DNA of 64,000 nucleotides, taken from Gekko japonicus (taxonomy: Eukaryota). Shown here one piece after another: positions 50,082-63,000 of this stretch; position 1 is the stretch's first letter, and every line of letters starts with the position of its first letter. The notes below the pieces were generated by a model that had not been told where the DNA came from, did no database searches, and worked only from the letters and a program-made list of their open reading frames with translations. Position numbers and translations under genes: made by a program. The stretch lies in contig NW_015164217.1 in the NCBI RefSeq assembly GCF_001447785.1, forward strand, positions 111,577 through 175,576. Direction: 5' to 3'.

Positions 50082-50166
50082 CTGGATAGCCATTTGCAGA
50101 CGGAGTTGGGGGGCCGCTGTCTCCGGAAGATACGGAAGTTGTTTCGGAGTCTTCCTCTTCTTGCAT
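50082..50166 (-). CDS. ZNF428/ZNF576-like, first coding exon (MQEEEDSETTSVSSGDSGPPTPSANGYP)
   Basis: Acceptor ttcttccag| at 50178, Kozak-like ccaccATG at 50166, donor CCA G|gtaccc at 50082. The 85-nt phase-1 exon joins the 48249 exon in frame (654 nt, 217 aa). Confidence 0.75.
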
Positions 50167-53100
50167 GGTGGGGACACCTGGAAGAATCAGAGCGTGACTG
50201 GCCAAACGCAACCCCGGGACGTTTGTTGGCGACTCAGTCTAGGACTACATTTCATTTATTTGTTAAATTTAACTTGTCAGGCCGCCTTCCCCTGTGAGCA
50301 GAGCGCAGGGCGGCTTACATCAGTACAAATACAGCTTAAAACAGTATTAAAATTCAACAGCCACAATAAAACAGTACAATCCAGGACGGAAAGTAAATCT
50401 CTAATACCCCCTGGGTTAAGTAAGATACAGAACAGAGGGAGGAAGGGGGGAGGGCCAGGCCGTCGCTGCCCGCAACCAAATGCCTGGCGGAACATCTCTG
50501 CCTTGGAGGAGGAGGAGATTGGATTTATACCCCACCCTTCACTACCCGAAGGAGTCTCCTTTCCCTTCCTCTTACCAGCATACACACCCTGTGAGGTAGG
50601 CAAGGCTGAGAGAGCTCCTGAGAGAACTGCTCTTGAGAGAACAGCTCTGAGAGAACTTGTAACTGACCCAAGGTCACACCAGCAGCTGCATGTGGAGAGG
50701 TGGGGCATCAAACCCGGTTCTCCCAGATTAGAGTCCGTGCTCCTAACCACTACACCAGACTGGCTCTTAGAGACCAACAAGATTTTGGGGTATAAGCGTT
50801 CCACAGTCAAAGCTCCTTTCCTCAGACGAGTGTTATCTGACAAAGGGAGATTTGACTCCCAAAACCTTGACCGTCTCTAAGGTGCTGCTGGATTTGACTG
50901 GAGTGCTTCCACTGGAGACCAACAGGGCTGCCCTCCGAAACTGTGCATATACGCACACTCAGAAGACAAAGGTCCTTATAGTACTGATATGCTAGATAGC
51001 CTGTGTCCATCCTCCACATGCGCCTTTCCGGATGCCCTCGCTTCTTAAATGCCTTCAGCCTTCAGTTCTTGACACGGCTGCCCATCTTCATCTGTCTCCA
51101 AGGAAGGCACACAGAATGGAAAGCAATCCACCCTGTGCCGCTTTCCAATAACTAGGACAGACGGACTCCCATTCTAGCAGTATCTGAAGAAACGAGCAGT
51201 GGCTCACGAAAGCTCACCCCCCCGCCACAACTTTTCTTAGTCTTCAAGGTGCTACTGGACTCTCGCTCTTTTCTACTGCTTTTTTGTTGCTGTTCAGTCG
51301 CACAGTCGAGTCCGACTCTTCGCGACCCCGTGGACCAGATTACGCCAGGCCTTCCTGTCTTCCGCCGTCCTCTGAAGTTGGCTCAATTCCATGTTCGTTG
51401 CATCTATGACACTGTCTAACCATCTCATCCTCTGCCGTCCCCGTCTTCTTTGCTACAGACGGACTAACACGGCTGCCCGTCTCGATCTTGTTCGATTCTT
51501 AACGGCTCTCATGAGCTTCAAAGTTTATTTCACGTACATGTTATTCAGAGAGTGCACCTAAGATCTTCAAGGGTTTCGTTTTAGATCTGGCGCCTTTGAG
51601 AGTCAAAAAGAGGGGGGGGAGTTTAAACTAAGCTTCTCAGCACTCTGAGGTCTGTACCGAGTGTCACTTTTTCTGTCCTCATACAGAACCGAGGAATATA
51701 CAGGGAGCCTGTTTAGCGTGGCAGATGGCAATCTGGGAGAACCAGGTTTGACTCCCCATTCCTCCACATGCAGCCAGCTGGGTGACCTTGGGTCAGTCAC
51801 ATTTCTCTCAGTGCTGTTCTCTCAAGACCGGTTCTCTCGGAGCCCTCTCAGGCCCACCTACCTCACAGGGTGTCTGTTGTGGGGGAGAGGAAGGGAAAGG
51901 AGATTTGAAACCACTCTGAGACTTCACGTGAAGGGCAGGGTATAAATCCAACTCGTTTTCGTCTACACATCAGCGTCCTTTGAAACTCATAACATGAGAC
52001 ATTAAGTGATTTTTAACTTAAGCCACCCAAAAGTCTCACAGAAGTCATTTGGTCCTGAATGATGCGCAAGCTCTGGTGAGTCTCCAAAGGAACAGTGTTC
52101 CTCTGTTGTGAGATGGAGGCAGCAGAAAACGCCTTTCTTCTTGCTATACCAACTGTGCGCAGAGATGGAATTTCTGATGGGTTTGACAATGTGGCGCAGT
52201 GTCTAAGGCTCTGGGAGTTTATTTACAAAAATTTTATCAAAGGAAACTTCAAAATCTCTCCTCAGCGGTGAAGCTTCACCCTTTCTCAACCGGACCTACC
52301 TCAAGAGGCTGTTGTTGCGACAAAGACTAAAAAAAAAATTAGATGATGCCAAACATGCCATGGATAGGAATGGAGCAAAAGCCTTTTTTGGTCATTAAGA
52401 GAGCCTGGTGGACCCAGGGGAGTGGGGTCACACATCCATGGGACACCAACCAGTCTCAAAGTGAATGTTCTTAAGCCTAGGGTAGCTAATGCAGTCCCCC
52501 TCAACCTGGATGGTCCAGCCTAGCCCGATCTCATCAGGTTTCAGAAACCAAGCAGAGTCGGCCTCGGCTAGTACTTGGATGGGAGACCACCACAGGAGGA
52601 AGGCAACTCTGAATGTCTCTTGAAAACCCTGCAGGGTCATCATACGTCACCTGCAACTTGACAATACTTTCCTCCACCACCACCTAATGCCCATAGGTCC
52701 ATAGCAACCAGACCCACTTTTTCCACCTAGAGCAGTATTACCCAGGGGTCATTTCCTGCAGGAGCGCACAGGAGCGGAGCTCCGGCAGTAAAGAGCCCAG
52801 GGGGTGGGCCCATGCAACAAGCCCCGCCCCCTGCTCCCAGCAGCTCTCAATCAGAGTAAGAAGCAGCCAAGTAAGCTGCAAAGCCCCCCCGTCGGTCCCC
52901 TGGTCCAAAACAGTCCAGTGGCACCTTTAAGACCAGGTTTTATTCAGGTACAAGCTCTCCCGCCTCTGCGAGGACAGATCTGCACATCCCCCCCCCCCAA
53001 TAGCTAGCAATCCAAAACAGCCCAGTGGAGCCTGAGCGGGGGGCAGGGCTTTTTTTGTAGAAAAAGCCCAGCAGGAACTCATTAGCATAATAGGCCATAC

Positions 53101-54899
53101 CCAACAGCAGGAACTCATTAGCATATTAGGTCACACCCATGAAAGCACAGCTCATTAGCATATTAGGCCACACTCCCGTGTTACCAGAAGTGTGGTCATC
53201 CAGCCACACCCACCTTTTGCTTCTTATTCTGTTTACCTTGTTTGTTGTCAAAACCCAGGGCTTCTTTTGGAGCAGGAACTCCTTTGCATGTTAGGCCACA
53301 TACCCCTAATGTAGCCAATCCTAATGAGTTCCTGCTGTTGGGTGTGGCCTATTATGATAATGACTTCCTGCTAGGTGTGGCCAACTTGGGAGCCAGCCGG
53401 AACTCCGTTCCTGTGCGTTCCTGCCCAAAAATAGCCCTGGCGGTGGGTGTTGCCTGCTGACACACTTCCGGTGATGTCAGGGGGTGTGGCATATGCAAAT
53501 ACGTTATGCTAATGAGTTATGCTAATGAGCCCCTGCACCTCTTTTTCTATGAAATGACCCCTGGGATTACCTACTCTGACCAGCAGAAACCCCCTGAAAA
53601 GAGCACTCCCATCCTCTGTGGCCAGTTGACTGGTGTTGGAAAGAACTGAAGCTGGGTCTTCCAGCACACACAGCGGCAGCTCCCGACAGTCCACCTCCTT
53701 AAAAGTGCCAGGCCCCAGGGATGGAGCCCCACAGAGATAATGGCGCAAGACAGCTTCCCTGGCTCTTTACCACACACGGCAGCCTGCAGTCGGGAACCGG
53801 AGGACCAACACCTGATCTAACTCACGTCTGTTCTTAGCTCTGTCTACAGATGGATGTTGTGGAAAGACCTACTGGTAAACCACATGGAAGTTATGAAATA
53901 ACACAGCAGGAGCCCACAGAAAGAGAGCCCCAAAAAGGGTGGAATGACCCCCCCCCAAAAAAAAGAACCCCAAGTGATGCTTGGTCCCCTTGCAGTGCAG
54001 TGAATAAGGAAAAGAGGAGGACTTTATCAAGCTACCTGTGTCTTTCTCTGCAACCTAGCTCCCCCTAGTGCCCAGGTGAAGCCACTGCAGCACCTGCCAA
54101 AGTTAACGGTGACACACAAACCTTACAGCTATAGATGCTGTCATCCAGACTACGCTCCAGTTATTCTCGTAGGCAAGAGGCAGATCCACACACCGCTTTT
54201 GCATGCCTGCTGGTTTCTAACTTGGCCAAGGAAACTACTTGGGAAGACAAATTGCCCTTCCTTCAATATATTTTTAGGTACTTCCCTTGTATGTTTCCCG
54301 GTGAAGCTCAAATCAGGCCAGGCAGCCCCAGGCCTCTTTCTCCTGACTCTCCTCTGACCTTTATGGGCTTGCTGGCCGGAGGAAAGGGAACTCAGCCGGC
54401 CCTCCCCACCTCCCACCCCGCTGGCTACACTTTGCTCACCGGTCGAGGTCCCATCCTCCTCCTCAAAGCCAATGTCCTCCCAACTTCCACATGCTTAGGG
54501 ACTTCAGACATGACCCCTGAATAATGCCAGCAGCCCAACCTGCAAGAGGAAGGATCGGGACCGGTCAACTGGCATCCAAACCCGCTTCCCTATGCTCTCC
54601 CATGGAGGAAGGGGAAGGAAAGAGAGGGTGCAAGAAGAGAGAGAGAAAAGAGGGGGAAAGGGACCATGACCCACAATGCACTAGGGCTGACATGATATGG
54701 CCCAATCCCACAATGCGCTGGGGGGACTGTGGCTGCAACCCAAGTGCCCACGATGCACTGCCACCAGTATGGACCGGAGGGGATTCAATCCCATAATGTT
54801 CTGCAGCTGTCTGAACCACAAGATTTGGGGGGGGACCCGATCCCACAATGCACTGCGACTACTGGTAGGGGGTAGCGGACCGGGGGAGGGCATGCAAAA

Positions 54900-55310
54900 A
54901 AACACCCTGCCCCCATAATGCATTGCGCGCCCTAGCACTCACCGGTTCCTCCGGATTTGGGGAGGGGCAGCCCGGTCCCGTCTACCCACAGGACCCTAGC
55001 TGCGCAGGCGCAGACGGAGAAAGTGGGCGGGGTTCTCTCGGCGGTCTTGATTCCTTGCGCGTGCGCTGGACGACCGGGCGAAAACAACAGCAAGCGGGAC
55101 TGCGCATGGGCGGGAGGGCGGAGAGGCCCGGAGGAGACTGGGCGTCGGGGCGCATGCGCCGCAGCGGACGGTCGTGGAGCGGTTCTGCGCGTGCTCAGTG
55201 TAAAAGTAATGGCAGAGGGTGATCGTCGGGTTGCTGGCAGGCGGTTCTGCGCGTGCGCTTATGAATGCACCGCGGGGTGCGGGGAACAAGGATAGGCGCC
55301 GGGAAATTAG
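54900..55310. promoter_or_regulatory. CpG island / promoter and non-coding first exon of the ZNF428-like gene
   Basis: Minus-strand donor CCG|gtgagt at 54942-54937 and several NRF1-type motifs (TGCGCAGGCGCA 55001, GCGCATGCGC ~55150). Confidence 0.65.
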
Positions 55311-56000
55311 TGGGTTTTGTAACACATTGTTTACTCGCAAGTAACTCCTCTTCTGTTCCAAGGGGCTTGCTCCTAAGTAAATATGCACAGGATTGCAGCC
55401 TTCCTTTTCTGCTTATCCCCCCCCCCCTTTCCCCTTCCAAGCAGGAACGAGAAGATACACCAGATTCAAGAATCTGGGGATGCCAAGCAACAGCCAGAGG
55501 CGTGCAAAAAACAACCACCACCCGGCTCTTGCTTCCGGCAGAACCGAGCCGGCGAGGTCTCCGTGAGCGTCCAGCGACGGCCGGTCTAAAGGGGCTGCTT
55601 TGCCTATAGGGCGGCCTCAAGCACAGAGAGACATGCCCATCAGAAGGGCGCAGAAGCATTGCCCGCCGGGCGCTTGGAATGCCGGAATGCCAACCTCCAG
55701 GTGGCACCCGGGGACACACACACCCCGAGAATTGCAGCTCAGACTAGAGAGATCCGTTCCTCTGTAGGAAATTGGATGCTTTGGAGGGTGGACGCTATGG
55801 CCCTGTACCCCACTGAGGTCCCTATCCTTCTCAGGCTCCATCCCCAAGTCTCCAGGAGTTTCCCAGCCAGGATCTGGCAACCCTACCCCGCCGCCTCCCG
55901 CTGGTGGCCAGGGGAGACCTAGCAACCCTACCCGGCACAGCTCCCTTCGAAGCATGGGAGCCCTACGGCGGAGGAGACGTTGGCAACTGCGGGGTGGGGG

Positions 56001-56217
56001 CAGTGCCGGATTTACGCATAAGCTAAATAAGCTACAGCTTAGGGCCTCGCAATCTGCTGGGGCCTCGAATAAAAACACAATATAAAAAATGATTTCAAAT
56101 ATTAAAAAGGCATATATATTTTAAATTTTTCTGAGACCAGCTGATGTAATTTAAAACAGTAGGGGGCCTCTGGGTTTTGTATAGCTTAGGGCCTCGGCAA
56201 GTCTAAATCCGGCCCTG
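56001..56217. mobile_element. hAT-type MITE, TIR CAG(T/G)GCCGGATTTA
   Basis: cagtgccggattta...taaatccggccctg with 8-bp TSD ggtggggg. Confidence 0.8.
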
Positions 56218-56520
56218 GGTGGGGGGAGAGGTCTGGCCGGCAGGGGGCGCGGCTGTCGATGCGGGCGAGTGGGAATGTAGCGCTTTCGACCCGTGGCCGG
56301 CAGAGGGAGCTCGAGTGTTAGATTGGATGCGGGCCGCTGCTGGCGGCGGGTCGTTCTGTGCCGCTGGCGGCGCTTCGGGGAGCAGCGCGGCAGATGCGGC
56401 CGCTGGGGGCACACGGTGCACCGCCCTGCTCCCGTCGCTGCTGGCACACGCTGGAGCGGACTGGAATGGCTGCGGCGGGAGAAGCTGCGATCGTTGTCGA
56501 GGCGGAGGAGTCTTCCTCTG
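56218..56520. promoter_or_regulatory. Additional CpG-rich island
   Basis: Unique CpG-dense stretch; plus-strand GTGAGT donor-like sites follow at ~56651 and ~57113. Confidence 0.45.
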
Positions 56521-56867
56521 ATTTCCTCCTTCAGCGTTTTCACCCTCTCCCTTCCTCCAGAGAGGCTTACGTGGTCACCCTTCTCACAACAACCCTGTGA
56601 GGGAGGTGACTGTGACTGGCTCCAGGTCCCCCAGTGTTGCTTCGCAGCAAGTGAGTATATGAGGCCGGGAAGAGTCTAGATGGGGGCTGACAGTTCTCCC
56701 AGAACAACAAATGGTCTACAGAAAACACTTTTCCCTGGAGAGGGGGAAATGGCAACTTCAGAAGGTTTACAGTGTAGCAGGGATCCTCAAGACGGTGCCC
56801 GTGAGCACCCACTGGTACCTGTCTGGTATGGGCTCCCTGCTTTCGGGAAAGTGGGTAGGGCCAGCAG

Positions 56868-57073
56868 CAGTGTTCCCTCTAAGCTGAGTTAGTGTGAGCT
56901 AGCCCGCAGTTTTTTAGCCTCCGGCTCACACGTTTTTGTCCTAACTCAGGAAGGATGGCTCCAGGGCAAACTGATTTATGCAGCAGCCAAATCGCTCGCT
57001 CACAACTTTAATGCCGGTCGCTCACAAAGTAGAATTTTTGCTCACAAGACTCCACAGCTTAGAGGGAGCATTG
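56868..57073. mobile_element. ~206-bp hAT-type MITE, TIR CAGTGTTCCCTCTAAG (more than 12 copies, e.g. ~5027-5685, 7376-7581, 11895-12243, 14448-14653, 17292-17495, 18002-18208, 31897-32098, 47228-47412, 48375-48565)
   Basis: Near-perfect TIRs and 8-bp TSD gccagcag (56860-56867 / 57074-57081). Confidence 0.88.
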
Positions 57074-60000
57074 GCCAGCAGAGCTTCTGAGTGGCCGTTG
57101 GAGATCTGCTAGGTGAGTTTTTCTTTTCTCTCTCTCTCACTCCACTTATGTGTATAACAATATTTTATTTATTTACTTATCAGATTGGATTTTACTAGGC
57201 CACCCTTCCCTACAAAGTAGGGCTCAGGGCGGCTTACGACGAAATAGTAGACAAATCCCAATGTAAAAACTAAGTTAAAACAAACCAGTAAATACCGATA
57301 GATAAAAACAGCGTACGTACAATATACAAGATGGCGGACAGAATTCCAGCTCCCCAGCCTCCCGGCGGGAGGGGTTACGAGGGATGGGGAAATATATCAG
57401 AGTGCCAAAGGATGCCCTCGTCACTGTCCTCAACCGAAGACCCGGCAGAATGTCTCTGCCTTCCATGCCCTGAGGAAAGGTATCAACAGGGTGCTCATTC
57501 GAAAGAGAAATTGGATTTATACCCCGCCCTTCACTACCCGAAGGAGTCTCAGAGCGGCTTACAAACTCCTTTCCCTTCCCCTCCCCACAACAGACACCCT
57601 GTGAGGTGGGTGGGGCTGAGAGAGCTCTTGACAGAAACTGCTCTTTTTCAAGGACAGCTGTGCCAGAATTATGGCTTGCCCAAGGTCATCCAGCCAGGCG
57701 CAAGCGGAGGAGTGGGGGAATCAAACCCGGTTCTCCCCGATTAGAGTCCGCACACTTAACCACTACACCAAACTGGCTCTCTATTAAACAGAGCTTCTGC
57801 TTGAAATGCGAGTTACGCATTACCTCACTCCCTGGCGTTTTGTGATTGTCTCCGCCTCCCACGGCAGCCATTTTGTGGTTGCACCCACCACCCTGTGTCA
57901 CAATTCCAAAGGTGCCCCAGGCTCAAAAAGGTTGGGGACCCCTACTCTATAACATCGTATCTCTGAAGAGCTCTGTCGCGAAGCTGCACCTTCTCGGCCT
58001 CTGCCCCCGAATCTCAAGGAATTTCCCAACCCGGAGTTGCCAGCCGGGGTCTCCCAAGCCACAACTTGGACCGCTGTGCCACGCTGCTCTCTGTTGCCGT
58101 TCAGAAGCCTGCATTCAAGGATGAGAGAAGAAGAAGAGATTGGATTTATACCCTGCTTTTCACTCCCTGAAGGAGTCTCAGAGCGGCTTACAATCTCCTT
58201 TCCCTTCCCCTCCCCACAACAGACACCCTGTGAGGTAGGTGGGGCTGAGAGAGCTCTCTCCAGAACTGCCCTTGAGAGAACAGCCCTGAAAGAACTTGTA
58301 ACTGACCCAAAGTCACACCAGCGGCTGGATGTGGAAGAGTGGGGAATCAAACCCAGTTCTCCCAGATTTAGAGTCCATGCTCCTAACCACTACACCGAAC
58401 TGGACAGACTAGCCAGAGGGTAAAAGATGCTGCACCAACACGCATCTCCTCGTGGCCTGCCTTTTTTGTGGCTTCTCGACCCCCATTCCCTCTGTGGCAA
58501 GATGCAGATATCTGCGGCGCCCAAAGACGGAAGCGGGTGAACCCGGCTGTATGCAGGGAGGCAAGCCCGGCCTTTCTGCCTGTCTCTCTAGCAGCATCTG
58601 CTCCTTAGCACAGTAACTGTGGGGGACCCCGCTCCACTCAAAGTGGGCTCTCAAATCCCCAACCCTTCCGTGAAGTCCCAGAGAAATACAGGATCCAGAG
58701 TCAGTATAGTAGCATCTCCCTCCCAGCAGAGATGAGCACACCAGTCCCATGGACTTTCAGCAAAGACCCAGACGTATTATTTGAGGATCGGCAGATGTGG
58801 CTGGAGACACCTCTGCGCTTCACTAGGAGTTAGTTTCTGGAAATGGATATCGGGAAGATTAAGAGCTAAGTGGAAGGCTTGTGCGATCAAATAATCAACC
58901 TCTCAGCTTGTCTTTGGGTTTAGCTCCTTCGCGAGTCTCTGAAAGGATCGCCGAGTAACTGGGGCCTGCCTGAAAGCAATCAGTGCGTTCGTTTCAGAAT
59001 GACGGTGTTGCAAAAATTGCCACAGAGCTGCCCAAAGTGAGTAGGGCTGGCATGAAGGGGACACATCCAGTCTCTGCTGAAGGCACAACGGGTTGAACGC
59101 ACCTTGCGGCAGAGGATTCATCGACGTTGGACTTTGTGGGAAGTGAGGGGCTATATCGCTCTACTGCCGGTTTGGTGTAGTAGTTATGAGCGTGGACTCT
59201 AATCTGGGAGAACCAGGTTGGATTCCCCACGCCTCTACATGCAGCTGCTGGTGTGACCTTGGGTCAGCTACAAGCTCCTTCAGAGCTGTTCTCTCACAAG
59301 CAGTCCTCAAAAGAGCTCTCTCAGCCCCACCTATCTCACAGAGTGTCTGTTGTGGGGAGCCAGTTTGGTGTCGTGGTTAAGTGCACGGATTCTAATCTGG
59401 GAGAACCAGGTTTGATTCCCCACTCCTCCACTTGCAGCTGCTGGATGACCTTGGGTCAGTCACAAGTTTTCTCAGAGCTGTTCTCTCAGGAGCAGTTCTC
59501 CGAAGAGCTCTCTCAGTCCCACCTACCTCACAAGGTGTCTTTTGTGGGGAGGGGAAGGGAGTTTGTAAGCTGCTCTGAGACTCCTTTGGGTAGTGAAGGG
59601 TGGGGTATATATCCAATCTCCTCCTTCCTCTTTCACTCAAACGCATATCCCATAAGGTGAGCAGGAGAGTCCATCCTAATGCCTTCTGTCTTCACAGCAG
59701 ATATGCATTATCTTCTTGTAATCCCTGCAAAGTGGACCGATATTACTACCTCTGAAATGCAGATGAGAAGGAGGTGCTGCTTCTCTCTCATCTGCACACC
59801 TAAAAAGCACGCTTCCTCCAAAGTCAAGCTTTCTGGGATGAATGGGGCGCCTACCTAACCCTTAGCAACAAGAACGAAACTCCCCATATGAAGGGGGGGG
59901 GAGGCATTCGGCAAGAGCATGAAAAGCAAGCAGGGAATTTTCCACCGCCTCTTTAAGAGAGCAAAGGAGGAGAGGGGGGGTGTTCGGAATGAGGATGATG

Positions 60001-63000
60001 TCATTCTCCTGGGGGTCACATGGGGCGCCTGGTTGCTACAATGAAGTCAGCTTGGTTTTTATATCTCCCCCCCCCTCCCTCCACACACACACACAGAGGC
60101 AAGCAGAGGCGTGGAATATAATCCACCGATGGGAACACTCCGCTCGTGTTTTTACAGGCTCGGTCAGGGCTCAGACAACATTTCACATCACAAGAGAAGG
60201 GAAATTCTGGCTGCTCTTGGGGGGGAAAGGAGCTTTGCGGGATCACCACCAACAGCGCGACCGGCTTCTGAGTGACACATACCGATGCTCATGCGGATTC
60301 TGGGCCCCATCCCGGAAGGCTAGCCAGACAGACATTCCTTCAGGGTGTTTTCCTTGCAACAGGTTTGCAGGCGTGTTAGAACCAGGCGTTGCAGAAACTT
60401 GGGGGTTCAGTGAGCCTGGGGTCTTTCTGTTTTTCTATGCTATTCAGGTATTGCTATAACCAGGGGTCATTTCCTGCAGGAGCGCACAGGAGCGGAGCTC
60501 CGGCAGTAAAGAGCCCAGGGGGCGGGCACATGCAACAAGCCCCACCCCCCTGCTCCCAGCAGCCGTCAGTCAGAGCAAGAAGCAGACAGGTAAGTTGCAG
60601 AGCTCCCCCCGGCCCAAAACAGTCCAGTGGTACCTTTTAAGACCAAGTTTTATTCAGGTACAAGCTCTCCCTCCTATGTGAGGACAGATCTGCACGTCCC
60701 CCCCCCCCCACTAGCTAGCAATCCAAAATAGTCCAGTGGAGCCTGAGCGGTGGGTGTTGCCTTCTGACACACGTCCAGTGGTGTCAGGGGGTGTGGCATA
60801 TGCAAATAAGTTATGCTAATGAGTTATGCTAATGAGCTCCTGCACCTCTTTTTGTACAAAATGACCCCTGGATAACTGACTTTGGTTTCTTGGTTCAGAA
60901 GTCCCAGAAGCCTTTGCTCTTTTGCTGGCAGCCTAGGCGTAACAACGAAAGCCTTGCCCTGTAAGATGTACCTTTGCCTGAATCCACATTCCCCGGCCTT
61001 CCGAGAGCCAGGCTCCAAAGCCTGAACATCTCTGTCTAGGCCTTGTTGAGATCGCAGTTAATAAAACATATCTGGGGCTGAAGGTCATACTAGCGAAGGT
61101 TCATTGTACCAGCGTAGGATGGGCTGGTGTTTGGCAAGTTTGGTATGTTTTTAATTGACTCCTCCCTTGATTCCTATTGGCTGAAAAGAGAATAAAAAGA
61201 AGGCTTTGGGCTTTTAAGGGGCTGTTTGGCCAACACCCCACCTAGGATTGAGGGGGGTCTTGGTCCACAGTCCAGGAATTCCTTGTTCTTTCTGAAGTGT
61301 ACACTATATCAGGTATTGGGATTTTTCTATATGCTGTTGGGTATTGGTATTGATAGTTATGTATGGCTGTAAGAGTTGGACCATAAGGAAGGCCGAGTGC
61401 CGAAGTATAGATTCTTTTGAATTATGGTGCTGGAGAAGACTCTTGATAGTCCCTTGGACTGCAAGGAGATCGAATCAGTCAATCCTAAAAGAAACCAACC
61501 CTGACTGTTCCCTGGAAGGCCAGATCCTGAAGCTGAAGCTCAAATACTTTGGCCACCCAATGAGAAGGGAGCACTCACTGGAGAAGACCCTGATGCTGGG
61601 AAAGACTGAAGGTCAAAGAAGACGGGGACGGCAAAGGATGAGATGGTTAGACAGTGTCACCGATGCAACGAACATGGAATTGAGCAAACTTCAGAGGACG
61701 GCGGAAGACCGGAGGGCCTGGCATGATGTGGTCCATGGGGTCGTGAAGAGTCGGACTCAACTGTGCGACTGAACAACAACAACAACATTGATATCGGATA
61801 TATGCCAGTTTGGTGTAGTGGTTAAGTGCATAGACTCTAATCTGGGAGACCCGGGTTTGATTCCCCACTTCTCCACATGCAGCTGCTGGTGTGACCTTGG
61901 GTCAATCACAAATTCTTTCAGAACTGTCCTTGAAAGAGCAGTTCTCTCAGAGCTCTCTCAGCCCCACCTACCCCACAGGGTGTCTGTTGTGGGGAGGGGA
62001 AGGAGTTTGTAAGTTGTTTTGAGATGGGGTGAAGGATGGGGTATTAATCCAATCTCCTCCTCCTCTTCTTTTTCTTCTTCTTCATCTTCTTCTTATTCAG
62101 AGTCTCTGAGCAGCTTACAATCCCTTTCCCTTCCCCACAACAGACACTCTGTGAGGTAGGTGGGGCCGAGAGAGCTCTTGAGATAACTTGTGACTGACCC
62201 AAGGCTGCATGTGGAGGAGCGGGGACTCAAACCCGGGTCTCCCAGATTAGAGTCCGCGCGCTCCTAACCACTGCACCAAACTGGCTCTCGTGTATGGTTT
62301 TAGAGTTAATAAATACTTTTCGTTTAAGGCAACTGTTCTTGCTGTGTTTCTCTCCCTCTGGAGGCCTAAGTTCCCTAGCCAGACTCCACACACCCACAAA
62401 AAAGAGCTGTAATAGGGTTGGGGATCCCTGGAAGAGGCCTGGGCCCTAGAATTCCCCTACACCAGGCCTGGAAACGAACTGGTTTGGACCTGAAGATAGC
62501 AGAAGTGTGATCCCTGGTAGCCTAAGGAATGTCCAGTCCGGGCCTCTTGTATGTCTTTCAAAGGAGCATCAAGGAAGGAACCGGCTGCATGGGGCCAACA
62601 GGATATCTCCCTACACAGTCACAGTGAGACATGAAATGTGGCGCCTAGCAAAAAGGGAACGAGTGGGGTAGAGTTTTTCACGGAATTATCCAGAAAATGC
62701 CACCTCACTGTTGTGGGTGGTCTTCTGGGAGCCTCGCACCCCGGTCCGTGGTGGTGGGGGATTTCTCCACTCCTCCACTTGCAGCTGCTGGATGACCTTG
62801 GGCAAGCCATCGTTCTGTCAGAGCTGTCCTCTCCAGGGCAGTTCTGGAAAGAGCTCTCTCAGCCCCACCTACTTCACAGGCAATGCTCCCTCTAAGCCGT
62901 TGGCGTCTTGTGAGCGAAAAATTCCACCTTGTGAGCTACTGGCCAACCACCTCTGGGCGACTTTTGCCTGGAACACCCCATGGGGTTTGTTATGTTCTGA

